Below, one piece after another: positions 62,554 to 64,000 of a DNA stretch of 64,000 bases (the stretch's first letter is position 1; each line of letters opens with the position of its first letter). Below the pieces are notes generated by a model, which was not told where the DNA came from, ran no database searches, and worked only from the letters and a program-made list of their open reading frames with translations. Origin of the DNA: Rhizophagus irregularis (taxonomy: Eukaryota); NCBI RefSeq assembly GCF_026210795.1, contig NC_089431.1, forward strand, positions 4,526,001-4,590,000. The letters are read 5' to 3'. The translations under genes and the position numbers were made by a program.

Positions 62554-63237
62554 CTAAGGTTGGAGTGTGAATCCATATTTGATTTGTCCGATTATTTGTT
62601 GTATTTCCGGATTTGTCAATTTTATAATAGTCGTTACAAATGTTTCCTTTACTCTATATATCTTATCTTGACCAATTTCAGTAAAAAGTTTATATATTTT
62701 TATAGCTCCTTGCATCCTTTTCCTTAATGCTTCCTTTTTCTTTTGTTTTTCATCAGTACTTTCATTAACTATAAATTCCATCATTTCATCATATAATTCT
62801 TCTCTAGCTGTCTGGTCCGGCTTTGTTTGATTTATTCTTGCTTTAATTTCTCGTTCAAAAATTTGTCCAATATTGTACCATATTAAGATGTTTTTACCAT
62901 TTGTATTTCCAAGACTGATGTATCTTTCTACTAATTTTTCAACATCATGAATTTCTACATTTTGTATTTCTGGTATCAATAGGTCTTCCACATTTATCGG
63001 TGTCAACAATTCATTTATAAATCTTTCCACTTTATTCTCACTTTTGGTCCTTTTCACATGTTCTCTATTATCACAAGTCAAACATCTCTTTTTTTTCTTC
63101 TTGGGTGGTCTAACATCATAGATAGTCTTTAGACTGATGGCCTTATTATCTTCATTATAAATTTTTAATTTAATTCCTTTTCCTTTACACAAATATTTTT
63201 CTGAATCCTCTTTTGTTAAATTGATTTTGTATTCCAT
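62554..63237 (-). CDS. Accessory ORF upstream of gag (227 aa), basic, NLS-like
   Basis: ATG ORF inside the element; PPKKKKKR followed by CLTC; C-terminus (AIKIYKLF..IG.DKI) resembles an expanded Glomeromycota hypothetical family. Confidence 0.75.
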   Translation of the reverse strand: MEYKINLTKEDSEKYLCKGKGIKLKIYNEDNKAISLKTIYDVRPPKKKKKRCLTCDNREHVKRTKSENKVERFINELLTPINVEDLLIPEIQNVEIHDVEKLVERYISLGNTNGKNILIWYNIGQIFEREIKARINQTKPDQTAREELYDEMMEFIVNESTDEKQKKKEALRKRMQGAIKIYKLFTEIGQDKIYRVKETFVTTIIKLTNPEIQQIIGQIKYGFTLQP

Positions 63238-63351
63238 TTTATGGGTGAGAGATCGAATTCCTCACCTTCTTATAACTTTCCTTGAATACATTTGTCCAGC
63301 AAATATTATTTTAATTTTTGTTAACGTTAATCATGATTCTTCTTGGGTACC

Positions 63352-63549
63352 CTCACACAGAATTGTTTTTGGAAGTTCACACAGAACTATTCTCAATTGA
63401 TCACACAGAATACCTCAATTGAGTTCACACAGAAAAAGCTCACACAGAACTATTCTCAATTGATCACACAGAAAACCTCAATTGAGTTCACACAGAATTA
63501 TTCTCAATTGATCACACAGAAAACCTCAATTGAGTTCACACAGAATTAC
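63352..63549. repeat. 5'-UTR tandem repeats, copy 2
   Basis: Repeated TCACACAGAA..CTCAATTGA units. Confidence 0.8.
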
Positions 63550-64000
63550 CCTACCATCGTATTTATAGTGTCGGTTTTTTGGGTACACTTTTTATCCTTA
63601 ACTTAACCTCAATTATTTATAAAAATTATTTTTAATCCTTAATTCATGGAACTTATTTACAATTTTCTATTAAAACCCCTTCTAACTTGATTAGCCTCGC
63701 ATTTCCCTTGATAATCAATTACTACCATACATATTTGGTTCATATGTATGAAAATTATTATAATAATAATTTTTCATTGACTTATCAGCCGGTGGTCAAG
63801 TTAGATCAAAAATTTAATTCTTAACATTATCTCTTTATACATTTATGGTCATACTTACCCAAATTAATACCTTTTACCTTGGTAACCATTATTTTCACGT
63901 ATCCTTTAAAATATTTAACTTTATTTTATTAAAATTTAACGTTAATACACCTTAAATTCTTTTTTTTTTTTTTTTTAACCAAGACTTAGAACTTTTAATT

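Larger units (their letters stand above)
54014..64000 (-). mobile_element. Ty3/Gypsy LTR retrotransposon copy 2 (near-complete; 5' LTR outside window)
   Basis: 3' LTR 54014-54629, PPT, kinase-INT, RT-RH, PR, gag, an extra ORF, and a 5' UTR matching 42660-43305; expected TSD CCGG (54010-54013). Confidence 0.95.

Noticed and set aside
63343..63606. Repeat array as CRISPR or as a coding ORF
   Set aside because: No unique spacers and no cas genes; it is a 5'-UTR tandem repeat of the retrotransposon

Overview
AT-rich, intron-containing fungal DNA whose gene families point to an arbuscular mycorrhizal fungus (Glomeromycotina, Rhizophagus-like; inference). The host background is a tandem array of two-exon BTB-BACK-TLDc genes (six copies including one pseudogene, plus a fragment), a Myb-like gene, kinase relics, a small secreted protein and several MITEs. 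Two copies of one Ty3/Gypsy LTR retrotransposon are present on the minus strand (23604-44084 with apparently identical 628-bp LTRs and ACAG TSD; 54014->64000). The family is unusual: a thymidylate-kinase-like P-loop domain fused to integrase, a UGA-CUA gag/protease junction, and an embedded copy of what looks like its own primer tRNA-Gly. The highlight is a 12,304-bp Polinton/Maverick-type element (27467-39770; 438-bp TIRs, AGTAGT ends, TTGTAT 6-bp TSD) inserted in gag of copy 1. It has protein-primed PolB and integrase, but no recognisable jelly-roll capsid, packaging ATPase or adenain. Instead it encodes a retroelement-type Gag-aspartyl-protease polyprotein (one ~1070-aa ORF once a 244-bp MITE is removed), an asfarvirus-like TBP-fold protein and two F-box proteins, and four of its genes share a 23-bp giant-virus-early-promoter-like motif. 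All comparisons were made by eye; no database searches were run.
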